A stretch of DNA of 64,000 nucleotides from contig CAWDFR010000010.1 in assembly GCA_963801685.1 (NCBI GenBank), positions 104,375 through 168,374 of the forward strand, read 5' to 3'. Below the pieces are notes generated by a model. It ran no database searches. It had not been told where the DNA came from and saw only the letters and a list, made by a program, of their open reading frames with translations. Source of the stretch: an uncultured Gammaproteobacteria bacterium. Lineage in GTDB: Bacteria; Pseudomonadota; Gammaproteobacteria; Steroidobacterales; Steroidobacteraceae. The position numbers and the translations under genes were made by a program. Below, piece after piece: positions 30,682 through 40,381 of the stretch. How positions within the stretch are numbered: the stretch's first letter is position 1; the number at the start of each line of letters is the position of its first letter.

Positions 30682-31659
30682 TTAGATCAGATCCTTGACG
30701 CCGTCGCGCTCCTCGCTCAGCTCGCGGTGCGTGAGCTGCATCTTGTCGCGACTGAACGCGTCGATTTGCAGTCCCTTGACGATGGCGTACTTGCCGCCCT
30801 TGCAGGTGACGGGATAGGAATAGATCACGCCCTCCGGAATATCGTAGCTGCCGTCCGACGGCACGGCCATGCTGACCCAGTCCGCGTCGCGGCTGCCGAG
30901 CACCCAGTCGTGCATGTGATCGATGGCGGCGGACGCGGCGGATGCGGCCGAGGATGAGCCGCGCGCCTTGATGACGGCGGCCCCGCGCTGCTGCACGGTC
31001 GGAATGAAGGTCTGCTTGAACCAGCTTTCGCCCACTGCCGCCACCGCGGGCTTGCCGTCGACCGTCGCGTGATTCAGATCCGGGTACTGCGTGGCCGAGT
31101 GATTTCCCCAGATGATGACTTTCTTGATGTGCGCGAGTGCGGTCTCCGTCTTCTCGCTCAGTTGCGCGAGCGCGCGGTTGTGATCGAGACGCGTCATCGC
31201 CGTGAAACGATCGGGCGAGAGCGAGGGCGCGTTGCGCTGGGCAATCAGCGCGTTGGTGTTGGCCGGGTTACCCACCACCAGCACGCGCACATCACGGCTT
31301 GCGGCCGCATCGAGCGCCTTGCCCTGCGCGGAGAAGATCTTGGCATTCTCGAGCAGCAGATCCTTGCGCTCCATGCCCGGACCGCGCGGCCGCGCTCCGA
31401 CCAGCATGGCAACCTCGCAGTCCTTGAAGGCGACCCGCGCATCGTCGGTCGCCGTTACTTTGTTGAGCGTGAGGAACGCGCAATCGTTCAACTCCATCAC
31501 GACGCCCTGCACGGCCCCGAGCGCTGCAGGAATCTCGAGCAGGTTGAGATTGATGGGCTGATCGGCGCCGAGCATCTGCCCGGCGGCGATGCGAAAGGCG
31601 AGCGCATACCCGATGTTTCCGGCTGCGCCGGTGATGGTGACGGTGACTGGCTTTTTCAT
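30682..31659 (-). CDS. mdh: Malate dehydrogenase
   Basis: [60 protein letters not shown] and IWGNHS.TQYPD identify the long (LDH-like) MDH type. Confidence 0.95.
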   Translation of the reverse strand: MKKPVTVTITGAAGNIGYALAFRIAAGQMLGADQPINLNLLEIPAALGAVQGVVMELNDCAFLTLNKVTATDDARVAFKDCEVAMLVGARPRGPGMERKDLLLENAKIFSAQGKALDAAASRDVRVLVVGNPANTNALIAQRNAPSLSPDRFTAMTRLDHNRALAQLSEKTETALAHIKKVIIWGNHSATQYPDLNHATVDGKPAVAAVGESWFKQTFIPTVQQRGAAVIKARGSSSAASAASAAIDHMHDWVLGSRDADWVSMAVPSDGSYDIPEGVIYSYPVTCKGGKYAIVKGLQIDAFSRDKMQLTHRELSEERDGVKDLI

Positions 31660-31768
31660 GGGAAGAATCCTCGGCGAAGGAACGTGCAAAAGCGAGAAAT
31701 AGTAGCCGAGCCCGGCCTGCCGCGCTGCCCGCAGAGGGAGGCCGCCGAAGACTCCCGAAAAAAGCAGC

Positions 31769-31805
31769 TTGCATGTACTGGTGATTTACATTACTATATC
31801 ACCAG
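31769..31805 (+). promoter_or_regulatory. Promoter-like TTGCAT-N17-TACTAT overlapped by inverted repeat CTGGTGAT-N12-ATCACCAG (putative YtrA/GntR operator)
   Basis: The repeat arms are at 31778-31785 and 31798-31805. The element lies upstream of the micro-ORF, GntR and ABC operon. Confidence 0.45.
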
Positions 31806-31852
31806 GTTAGTGAAACACCCCGGCACCGCCGGTAACTGCAAGGAGAGACATC

Positions 31853-31990
31853 ATGGACACTCGCATATCCTCGAAAGTCGCCGCCCTCGCGCTCGCGTTG
31901 CTGATCAATGGCAGCCTCTTCGGCGGCGTCGCCTTCCTGTTCAGCGCAGAACGCGCCGCCGCGGCCGGCGTCACCCTGGTGGCGGCGTAA
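31853..31990 (+). CDS. 45-aa membrane micro-protein heading the GntR/ABC operon, not in the ORF track
   Basis: The RBS AAGGAGAG lies 6 nt before the ATG. The product reads MDTRISSKVAALALALLINGSLFGGVAFLFSAERAAAAGVTLVAA. Confidence 0.4.
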   Translation: MDTRISSKVAALALALLINGSLFGGVAFLFSAERAAAAGVTLVAA

Positions 31991-32066
31991 GCCGCCCCCT
32001 CAAGGCGTTCTGCTAGATTAGCGTGCTACTACGGCCCCTCCACTTGGCCCGGGCGCTGAGAGCGGC

Positions 32067-32459
32067 ATGGATCCCAATTGGAATGACAACCAGCCCATTT
32101 ATCGCCAGCTGCGCGATCGAATGGTCGCCCTGATTCTGGAAGGGGCGCTCAAGGAAGGCGATCCGCTGCCCTCGGTGCGTACGGTGGCTGCCGACTACCG
32201 GCTCAACCCCCTCACGGTGCTCAAGGGCTATCAGCAGCTGGTCGATGAAGGGCTGGTCGAGAAGCGCCGCGGGCGCGGCATGTACGTCAGCGACGGCGCG
32301 CGGCTTCAGCTGCTCAAGGGCGAGCGTGAGCGATTCCTCAGCGAGGAATGGCCGCAGATTCTCGCGGTCATCCATCGGCTGGGATTCTCCGCCGACGAAC
32401 TGTTCGCACAGACCCCCGCGCTCACGCACCCCGCGCCGCGTGTGGACAACAAGGAGTAG
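32067..32459 (+). CDS. GntR-family regulator, YtrA subfamily
   Basis: A 130-aa short effector domain protein. It reads PIYRQLRDRMVALILEGALKEGDPLPSVRTVAADYRLNPLTVLKGYQQLVDEGLVEKRRGRGMYV. Confidence 0.85.
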   Translation: MDPNWNDNQPIYRQLRDRMVALILEGALKEGDPLPSVRTVAADYRLNPLTVLKGYQQLVDEGLVEKRRGRGMYVSDGARLQLLKGERERFLSEEWPQILAVIHRLGFSADELFAQTPALTHPAPRVDNKE

Positions 32460-32462
32460 CCG

Positions 32463-33333
32463 ATGATGTCGTCCTCACCCCTCATCGAAGCACGCGGCCT
32501 GTCGAAGCGATACGGCTCGTTCGTCGCCCTCGATCGTGCGGACTTCGTCGTGCAGCCGGGCCGCATCGTCGGCCTCATCGGCCCGAATGGCGCGGGCAAG
32601 ACCACGGCGCTGCGCGCGGTGCTCGGGCTCACGACTTATGAGGGCGAGCTCAACGTCCTCGGCCGCGAGCCGTTCGCCGAGCGCGCGCTGCTCATGCAGG
32701 AGGCGAGCTTCATCGCGGACGTCGCCGTATTGCCCGAGTGGCTGCGCGTCCAGCAAGCGATCGATTTCGTCGCCGGGGTGCATCCGCGATTCCGCCGCGA
32801 GCGCGCCGCGGCGCTGCTCGCCAAGACCGACATCGGCACGCGCAGGCGCATCGGCCAGCTGTCGAAGGGCATGAAGACCATGGTGCATCTCGCGCTCACC
32901 ATGGCCATCGACGCTCGCCTGCTCGTCCTCGACGAGCCGACGCTCGGCCTGGACATCATCGCGCGGCGCGGCTTCTACGATGCACTGGTGAACGATTACA
33001 TGGACGAGACCCGCACCATCGTGATCACCACCCATCAGGTCGAAGAGGTCGAGAACTTGTTGACCGACGTGCTCTTCATCGACAAGGGACGCATCGTTCT
33101 CGATTGCTCCGTCGAGGACATCGGCGCGCGCTATGCGGCCGTCGAGGTTGCCGACGACCGCGATCGCGGCCGCCCGCGAGGAGCGGCCTTTCTACGAGCG
33201 CCGAGCCCTCGGCAAGACGCTGTTGTACTTCGAGGGTGCGGACCGGGACAAGCTCAAGGGCCTCGGTGAAGTCGGCGTGCCGAGCGTCGCCGACCTGTTC
33301 GTCGCCAAGGTCTCGGCGGAGCGTGCGGCATGA
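32463..33333 (+). CDS. ABC transporter ATP-binding protein, frame broken once
   Basis: The Walker A is GPNGAGKTT, the signature is LSKGMK and the Walker B is LLVLDEPT. The +1 change is near 33148. The stop overlaps the next gene start (ATGA). Confidence 0.85.
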
Positions 33334-34184
33334 ACGATTTCATCTGGCTGGTTCGCCGGGAGTTCTGGGAAAACAAGGCCATCTGGGTGATGCCGGCATG
33401 TATCGGAGCGCTGATGGTCGTGGGCGCGCTGTTCGGCAGGGTGGAGGTCTCCCTGCTGCACGAGACCGACCAGCAGAGCGAGGTGGCGGGCGAGCTGTTC
33501 CTGCTCGCGATCGCGGGCGTGTTCTGGGTGGCAATGAGCATCTACTCCATCTGGTACCTGCTCGACTGCCTGTACGCCGAGCGCAAGGACCGCAGCGTTC
33601 TTTTCTTCAAATCGTTGCCGCTCACCGACTCGGCCACGGTGTTCTCGAAGCTGTTCGTCGCCGTCATCGCGATTCCCCTGGTCTATTTCGCGGCCGCCGA
33701 TATCTCCGCCCTGTTGATGACCTTCGTGATCTCCGTGCGGGCGCGTCTGGGGTTCGGCAACATCCTCTGGCACCCCGAGCTGTGGCTGCAGCAGCAAGTT
33801 CTGTGGCTGTACGTGATCGCCACCGGCATTGTCTGGTACTTGCCCGTCGTCGGCTGGCTGCTGCTCGTCTCGGCATGGGCCAAGCGCGCGGTCATTCTGC
33901 AAGCAATTCTGCCGCCGCTCGCGATCATTCTCGCCGAGCGTGTGTTCCTCGGCACGCACGTCGCGGCGCTGCTCTTTCGAGATCGGCTCCTCGGCGGCAC
34001 CTACGCCTCGCTCCACCATCCGATCCACTGGTCGTTCCAGAAAGGCGAGATGTCGCCGGGCCTGTGGCAACTGCCGGACCCGGTGGGCTTTGTCTCGAGT
34101 GTGGACGTCTGGATCGGCGCGCTCATCGGCGCGGCTTTCATCGCGGGCGCCGTGCAATTGCGCAAGCGCCGCACCGACGCGTAG
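33330..34184 (+). CDS. ABC-2-type multi-pass membrane protein (permease partner)
   Basis: An intact 284-aa ORF with about six hydrophobic segments. It is translationally coupled to the ATPase. Confidence 0.65.
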   Translation: MNDFIWLVRREFWENKAIWVMPACIGALMVVGALFGRVEVSLLHETDQQSEVAGELFLLAIAGVFWVAMSIYSIWYLLDCLYAERKDRSVLFFKSLPLTDSATVFSKLFVAVIAIPLVYFAAADISALLMTFVISVRARLGFGNILWHPELWLQQQVLWLYVIATGIVWYLPVVGWLLLVSAWAKRAVILQAILPPLAIILAERVFLGTHVAALLFRDRLLGGTYASLHHPIHWSFQKGEMSPGLWQLPDPVGFVSSVDVWIGALIGAAFIAGAVQLRKRRTDA

Positions 34185-34250
34185 CGCGCTTTTGCTTCCT
34201 CGGCAAGCAGTGCAGAATAGCGCCCCGGGGATGCCGTCCAGGAGCGCTGC

Positions 34251-34733
34251 ATGTACAAGACCAAGATCGACCTCTCCGAAAAGACCCGGCGTAACGTCAT
34301 TGTCATACTCAATGATCGCTTGAGCGATGCGATCGACTTGCAGAGCCAGGTCAAACAGGCGCACTGGAATGTCAAAGGCCCGCATTTCATCGCCTTGCAC
34401 GAGCTGTTCGACAAGATTTCGGACGCCATGCTGGAGCAGATCGACGAGATCGCGGAGCGCATCACCAGCTTGGGAGGCACCGCCGAAGGGACGGTGGCGG
34501 TGGCCGCGCGGCGCAGCAAGCTCAAGAATTATCCGTTGAGCATCACCTCGGGCAGGGACCACCTGCTCTATCTATCGACCCAGTTGTCGGTCTACGGCAA
34601 GTCGGTGCGCGGCGCGATCGAGGCGACTGCGGACTTGAGCGATGCAGACACGGCCGACCTCTTTACCCAGCTGTCGCGCGAGATCGACAAATATCTCTGG
34701 TTCCTCGAGGCGCACCTGCAGGACAAGGCCTGA
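34251..34733 (+). CDS. dps: Dps, DNA starvation/stationary-phase protection protein
   Basis: It reads LNDRLSDAIDLQSQVKQAHWNVKGPHFIALHELFD...DEIAERITSLGG...DLFTQLSREIDKYLWFLEAHL. Confidence 0.9.
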   Translation: MYKTKIDLSEKTRRNVIVILNDRLSDAIDLQSQVKQAHWNVKGPHFIALHELFDKISDAMLEQIDEIAERITSLGGTAEGTVAVAARRSKLKNYPLSITSGRDHLLYLSTQLSVYGKSVRGAIEATADLSDADTADLFTQLSREIDKYLWFLEAHLQDKA

Positions 34734-34780
34734 CGCTGTTAACGCGACCCTCGCGATCGGCCGCAGTTATGGCGATCCGG

Positions 34781-36153
34781 CTACGTCTCGAGCAGGTGCG
34801 CGAAGTAGCTGTTGCAGAGCCGGTTGAGCGGGTCGGTGCGCTGGCGCAGCGCCCGGAACAGCTTGACGCGATCGCCGAAGGCCTTGGCGACGTGCTCGGG
34901 TTTCAACGCTCGCGACTGATTGAACGTCGGCACACCGCCGAGCGCGGACGCGAAATCGTTGAAGTCGATCAGGAACTCGTCCCAGCCGCGGTCGCCCGTC
35001 GAGGAGGGCTCGAGCGTGATCATGGGTCCCTGGAAGCTCACGCTGAAGAGCGACGAGCGGTCCTGGTGCAGACGGCTCGCGCCGTTCACGACGTTGCAGC
35101 GATAGCCGTGCTGCTTGTAGTACGAGCGGCAGAACGCGAAGTACTCGGCGAGCAGTTTCGGGAAATCCGGCCTGCGGAAAGCCCCACAAGGTGTAGGTGT
35201 AGCGCGATCTCCACGCCTCCTGCGGAAAGTCGCGGATCCACTCGTGCGCGTACATGACGACGCTGCGCGCGGCGCGGTCGAGCGTCGCGCGCAGCGCCCG
35301 CTGCACGCCGGAGACGACGGCTCCCGCGACGCCGGGCGCGGCGAGCACGCTGCCGACCGTCGAGCCGAACGCCGGCAGCACGTTGCGCATGACGGATTTC
35401 TTGATTTGCCAGATGCCGGAGCGGCTCGTGGCCGCGCTCTCGTCGGGGGTGCGCCGCTCGACCGTGATCTGGTCGTGGAACGGCGAGATGTGCAGGCGCA
35501 GTGCGCCAGGCGACGCGACGATCTTCGCAGAAGCGCGCGCCGAACTCCTTGAGCGTCAGCACCTCGTGGTCGATTCTGCACGGGAACGAGCGGTTGCACA
35601 CGCAGCACCACCTCGTGCACCACGCCCAGGAGCCCGAAGCTCGAGCTCAGCACGCGCATCAGGTCCGCGTTGCGCTCGGTCACGGTCATCAGCTTGCCCT
35701 GCGGCGTGATGAGCTTCAGCTCTTTGACGAGCGCCGACATCTGCGCGGGGCCCTGTGCCTGCGAGGCCTGCGGCAGCGTCGTCACGGCCACGGCGCCCAC
35801 CGTCATCTGTCCCATCTCGGGCGTGAGCGGCAGCTCTTGACCGCGCTCCGCGAGCGCGCGCACGAGCGCACCCACGCGTACGCCGGCCTGGCACCGCACC
35901 TCGTCCTCGCCGAATTCGATGATCTTGCCGAGCGGGCTCAGGTTGACGGTCGTGCCGCCGTCGCCGCCGACGCAGCGCGTCTGCGAATAATCGCCGCCGA
36001 CGAAGCGCACGGGCGTCGGGTAGTTTTTGGTGTTGGCGAGGATGGCCGGGATTTCCTCGGCGCGCTTCGCCTGCATGACGAGCCGCGGCCGACGATACAG
36101 ACCGGACGCGGCAGTGTCCGGACCGCGCGAACGATTCTGACTTTGACTACCAT
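34781..36153 (-). CDS. FAD-binding (PCMH-type) oxidoreductase with an ALO-like C-terminal domain, frame broken several times
   Basis: The N-terminus reads PRLVMQAKRAEEIPAILANTKNYPTPVRFVGGDYSQT...MGQMTVGAVAVTT...FGLLGVVHEVVLRV. The C-terminus reads FNDFASALGGVPTFNQSRAL...TDPLNRLCNSYFAHLL. The middle lies in other phases and the start is approximate. Confidence 0.65.
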
Positions 36154-36266
36154 GTTGTCCCCCACAATCCTCGAACGATCCTGGAAACGGTCTTGAAAGC
36201 CGTCGCAGATCAAGGAAAAAAGGACCGGGAGTGGGGACGCGGAATGCGCGCTCGGCGCATCGAGAA

Positions 36267-36357
36267 CTGGCGACCCCGCTATCGTCGAGCTTCCGAGGAA
36301 GCCCCTTAGACCGGTGGTTTTGCGTCCCCACCTTTCGGCGGGTTTGCCCTTGAACAG
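36267..36357 (-). promoter_or_regulatory. c-di-GMP-I (GEMM-I) riboswitch aptamer
   Basis: The minus-strand RNA reads CUGUUCAAGGGCAAACC-CGCC-GAAA-GGUG-GGGACGCAAAACCACCGGUCUAA-GGGGCUUC-CUCG-GAAGCUC-GACGAUAGCGGGGUCGCCAG. This matches the conserved core and two-hairpin architecture of the V. cholerae Vc2 aptamer as I recall it. It lies in the 247-nt leader of the oxidoreductase gene. Confidence 0.8.
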
Positions 36358-36400
36358 CCCCCCTACTATGCGAGCAGCCGGGGGATAAGTAAAGCTCTTT

Positions 36401-38391
36401 TTATCCCATCAAGAGCAATGTCTCGGCGTGCTCGACGGCCTCGGGCGGCCCGCACACCACGACGACGTCGCCTTCCTTGAAAACCGTGTCCGCGACGGGC
36501 TCCCGGCCCACGATTCCGTCGCGCCGCACGGCGCTCACGGCGACCTGCGAGCCCCGCTCGGCGAGCTCCGCGATGCTCTTTCCCACCGCCCAAGCATGCG
36601 GCGGCAGCACCACGCTGTGAAGCTCTTCACGAAATGCGTGATTGTCATCCAGGAATTCGGCACCGGACTTGCGGAAGTACTGGCGCAGCATCACGTAGCG
36701 ATGGCTGCGGATGTCGTTCACGGTGCGGATGACCTGCGGCATCGGGAGCTTGAGCAGCAGCAACAGATGCGAGAGCAGCATGAGGCTCGCCTCGAACGTC
36801 TCCGGCACCACCTCGGTGGCGCCCGCGGCCTGCAGCTCCTCGAGCCGCAAGTCGTCCTGGGTGCGCACCAGCACGGGCACGTCGCCGCGCAAGCGCGCGC
36901 ACCGCGCGCAGGATTCGCAAGGACACGGCGGGGTTCGCGAAGGTGATGACGACGCAGCGCGCCTGCGCGAGGCCCACGTTCTGCAGCACCTCGAGCTGGC
37001 CGGCATCGCCGTACATGACCGGATCGCCCGCCTGCCGGCCCGCGCGCATGCGGTAGGTGTCGAGATCGAGGGCGATGTACTCGAAGCCCGTCTGCTCGAG
37101 CACGCGCGCGATGTTCTGTCCCACGCGTCCGAATCCGCAGATCACCACGTGATCGCGCTCGGCGACGGCGAGCGTGACGCGCGCCTCGCGCATCGCCTCG
37201 GTTTGCGGCGGCCCCGACTCGCGCAGGAGCGCACGCGTGATGCGCCGGTTGTGGCGGATCACGAAGGGCGAGACCATCATGCAGAGCACGGTCGCGGCGA
37301 GCAGCGGCTGCACGACGGCGGGATCGGCCAGCTCGCGTCGCAGCAGTAGGGTCAGCAGCGCGAAGCCGAACTCCCCGCCCTGGCTCACGACCACGCCGGT
37401 GCGCAGCGACTTGAACCAGCTGCTGGTCACGGGCTTCGCCGCCACCGCGACCACCGCCGTCTTCAGCATCGCCATGCCCGAGAACGATCGCGCTCACCAG
37501 CGGCAAGGTTGCGCAGCAACAGCGGCACGTCGAGCATCATGCCGAGCGTGATGAAGAACACGCCGAGCAGCACCTCGCGGTACGAGCGGATGGTCGCCTC
37601 GATCTGATGGCGGAACTCGGTCTCCGCGAGCCCCATGCCGGCGAGGAAGGCGCCGAGCGCGAGCGACAGTCCGGCGGCCTGCGTCGCCCATGCCGAGGAG
37701 AGCACCGCGAGCAGCACGGCGAGCGAGAACAGCTCGCTCGAGCGCACCCCCGCGATGAGGACGAACAGCGGGCGCAGCAGCCAGCGACCGGTCGCGAGCA
37801 CGAGCAGGAGCGCCGCCGCGGCGATGCGCGATGGCCGCGACGACGTGCGGACGCGGGCGTGCCCGGGCCGGCTGCCGCGAGCGGCGACAGCAGGCCGAGA
37901 AACAAGGGAAAGCTCAGGTCCTGGAACAGGCAGATCGCCACCGCGAGCCGGCCGTGCGTGCGCGTGTTCTCGGATTGCTCGGTGAGCTGGGCGATGATGA
38001 TGGCGGTCGAGGACATCGCGACGGCGCCGCCGACGACCACCGCGGAGGTCGGTGCGACCCCGAACAGCCGACGCCGCCGCGACGCGCGACGATCGCCGTG
38101 GTCACGAGCACCTGCGCGCCGCCCACGCCGAGCACCTCGCCGCGCATGGCGAGCAGGCGCGGCAGCGAGAATTCCAGCCCGAGCGTGAACACCAGGAACG
38201 CCACGCCGATATCGGCGAGCAGGCGCGTCGTGTCGTTGTCGACCGACCAGCGCGAGCGCGTGCGGGCCGAGCAGCATGCCGACCGCGAGGTAACCGAGGA
38301 TCGCCGGCAAGGCGAGCTTGCGCACGCCGGCCACGACGAATACCGAGGCGGCCAGCAGGATCAGAATCTGCAGCAGCGGATCGGTGTGCAT
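36401..38391 (-). CDS. CPA2-family K+/H+ antiporter with RCK (TrkA-N and TrkA-C) domains, Kef/YbaL-like, frame broken many times
   Basis: The N-terminus reads MHTDPLLQILILLAASVFVVAGVRKLALPAILGYLAVGMLLGPHAL, followed by LGLEFSLPRLLAMR and MSSTAIIIAQL. The Rossmann block is VVICGFGRVGQNIARVLE. The C-terminal RCK part ends in LLLMG. Confidence 0.8.
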
Positions 38392-38408
38392 TCTCGTAGC
38401 ATATAGCG

Positions 38409-39536
38409 ATGGATGCGTTGGCGCTGCAACGGGACGGCGAGGGCTGGCGAATCGATTTGCGCGGCGACTGGTCGCTCGAGGCTCTGCCGCGCATCGATCT
38501 CGAGCTCGAGGCGCTGCCCGGCCGCGATGAGCGGAACTCTGGTGTGCGATTGGTCGCGAGTCGAGCATCCCGGCATCGGTCCGGTGTGGGCGCTGCTCAC
38601 GCGTCTGTCCGAGCTCGGCAGCGAGCGGCAGCTCGCCGTGCGGCACGAGGGCAATCCGCCGCACACCGTGCAGCTGCTGCAAAAGCTGCAGCGCGAGCTC
38701 TGCACCGCGCATGGCACGCGCGCCTGGCGGTGCCCAACCGCGAAGGCGTCGTCGAGCAAGCTCGGCCGCTGGACGGTGCTGCAGGGAACGGAGGCCGGCC
38801 GCTTGCTCGGCTTTTTCGGGCGCATCGCCGCCGTTCTCGGGGAGAGCTTCTCGCGTCCGCGGGTCCTGCGGCTGTCATCGATCGCGCGGCACGTTCAGGA
38901 GACCGGCGTGAGCGCCATCCCCATCGTCTCGCTCATCGCGTTTCTCATCAGCGTGGTGGTCGCGTACTCGGCGCGCAGCAGCTCGCGAGGTTCGGCGCCA
39001 CGATCTTCGTGGTCGACCTCGTCACCATCGCCGTGCTGCGCGAGATGGGCGTGCTGCTCACCGCCATCATCGTCGCGGGCCGCTCCGGCAGCGCGTTCGC
39101 CGCGGAGATCGGCGTCATGCAGCTCAACGAGGAGATCGATGCCCTGCGCGCGATGGGCATGAACCCGATCGAGCTTCTGGTCGTGCCGCGCGTGATCGGC
39201 CTCGTCATCGCACTGCCCTGCCTCACCGTCATCGCGGACGCCATGGGACTCGCGGGCGGCGGACTTCTGTCGCTGGTCCAGCTGCACATCCCGCCCGCGC
39301 AGTTCACCATCCGGATGCGCGAGGCGCTGTCGTCGACGACGTTCTGGGCGGGCATGGTGAAGGCGCCGGTGTTCGCGCTGCTCATCGGCATGGTCGGTGC
39401 GTACCGCGGCATGCAGGTGCGCGATTCGGCGCGCGAGCTCGGGCGCCTGACCACCATGGCGGTCGTGCAATCGATCTTCCTGGTGATTCTCGCGGACGCG
39501 TTCTTCGCCGTCCTGTTCGAGCAGATCGACTTCTGA
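38409..39536 (+). CDS. MlaE-family ABC permease with an N-terminal STAS-like extension, frame broken at least twice
   Basis: It reads ETGVSAIPIVSLIAFLISVVVA...FVVDLVTIAVLREMGVLLTAIIVAGRSGSAFAAEIGVMQLNEEIDALRAMG...TTMAVVQSIFLVILADAFFAVLF. Confidence 0.8.
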   Translation: MDALALQRDGEGWRIDLRGDWSLEALPRIDLELEALPGRDERNSGVRLVASRASRHRSGVGAAHASVRARQRAAARRAARGQSAAHRAAAAKAAARALHRAWHARLAVPNREGVVEQARPLDGAAGNGGRPLARLFRAHRRRSRGELLASAGPAAVIDRAARSGDRRERHPHRLAHRVSHQRGGRVLGAQQLARFGATIFVVDLVTIAVLREMGVLLTAIIVAGRSGSAFAAEIGVMQLNEEIDALRAMGMNPIELLVVPRVIGLVIALPCLTVIADAMGLAGGGLLSLVQLHIPPAQFTIRMREALSSTTFWAGMVKAPVFALLIGMVGAYRGMQVRDSARELGRLTTMAVVQSIFLVILADAFFAVLFEQIDF

Positions 39537-40369
39537 TGGAGCCGCGCGATCCCGTTGCAGAGGCGCCGGACAACGATCTGGTCGTGCGCGTTCGCGGCCT
39601 GGTGAACCGCTTCGGCAGCCAGGTCGTGCACGACGGACTTGTCGTTCGAGGTCCGGCGCAACGAGATCATGGGCATCGTCGGCGGCTCCGGAGCGGGCAA
39701 GTCGGTACTGCTTCGCACCATCCTCGGCCTGCACGAGCCGCAGGCGGGAACCGTCGAGGTCTTCGGCCGGAACATCCACGAGCTCTCGCCGGCCGAGCGC
39801 CTCGCCATGTCGCGCGCCTACGGCGTCACGTTCCAGAGCGGCGCGCTGATCTCCTCGCTGTCGCGTCGCGGAGAACATCCAGCTGCCGCTGCGCGAAGCC
39901 TATTCGCTGCCGGAAGAGCGTGCTCGACGAGCTGGTGCAGCTCAATTTGAGCCTGGTGGGTCTCGCGCCCGGACGACGCCGAGAAATATCCCGCGCAGCT
40001 CTCCGGCGGCATGGTCAAGCGCGCGGCGCTCGCGCGCGCACTCGAGCCTCGAGCCGAAGCTTCTGTTCCTCGACGAGCCGACCTCGGGACTCGACCCGAT
40101 TTCCGCGGCGGACTTCGATGCGCTACTGTTGTACCTTCACGCCGAGCTCAAGCTCACGGTGGTCATGATCACGCACGACCTCGACAGCCTGTTCCGAACC
40201 TGCGACCGCGTCAGCGTGATCGTGGACGGCCGCATGGTGACCGATACGCTCCCGGGCATCCTCGCCAGAGCACGAATCCTTGGATACACGAGTATTTCCA
40301 CGGACCGCGTGCGCGCGCCGCGGAGCCGCGGCCGCGGGCGGGACCGTTGCGGAGGCGCCGCATGGATAG
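39536..40369 (+). CDS. MlaF-like ABC ATP-binding protein, frame broken about six times
   Basis: The Walker A is GGSGAGKS, the signature is LSGGMVKR and the Walker B is LLFLDEPTSGLDP. VVMITHDLDS and a C-terminal PWIHEYFHG follow. The first four junctions are all +1. The 3' end is approximate. Confidence 0.75.
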
Positions 40370-40381
40370 GAAACACCAACT

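Noticed and set aside
36216-36240. The U6 run after GCGUCCCCAC as a clean intrinsic terminator of the riboswitch.
   Set aside because: The U run lies 9 nt after the complementary segment, and the partner segment is 81 nt upstream. This is not a canonical hairpin-plus-U-tract. I keep it only as a possibility within the riboswitch finding.
36340-36372. GGGGGGCUG at the 5' side of the structured leader resembles the start of tmRNA. SRP or 6S RNA was also considered for the region.
   Set aside because: No tRNA-like acceptor/T-arm, no tag reading frame, no SRP GGAA/AGCA domain-IV motif, and no 6S-type long bulged helix is present. The sequence fits GEMM-I instead.
36382-36407. The inverted repeat GGGATAA-N12-TTATCCC at the end of the Kef-like gene as a terminator.
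   Set aside because: One arm contains the stop codon, and no U tract follows it on the coding (minus) strand. At most it is a weak structure.
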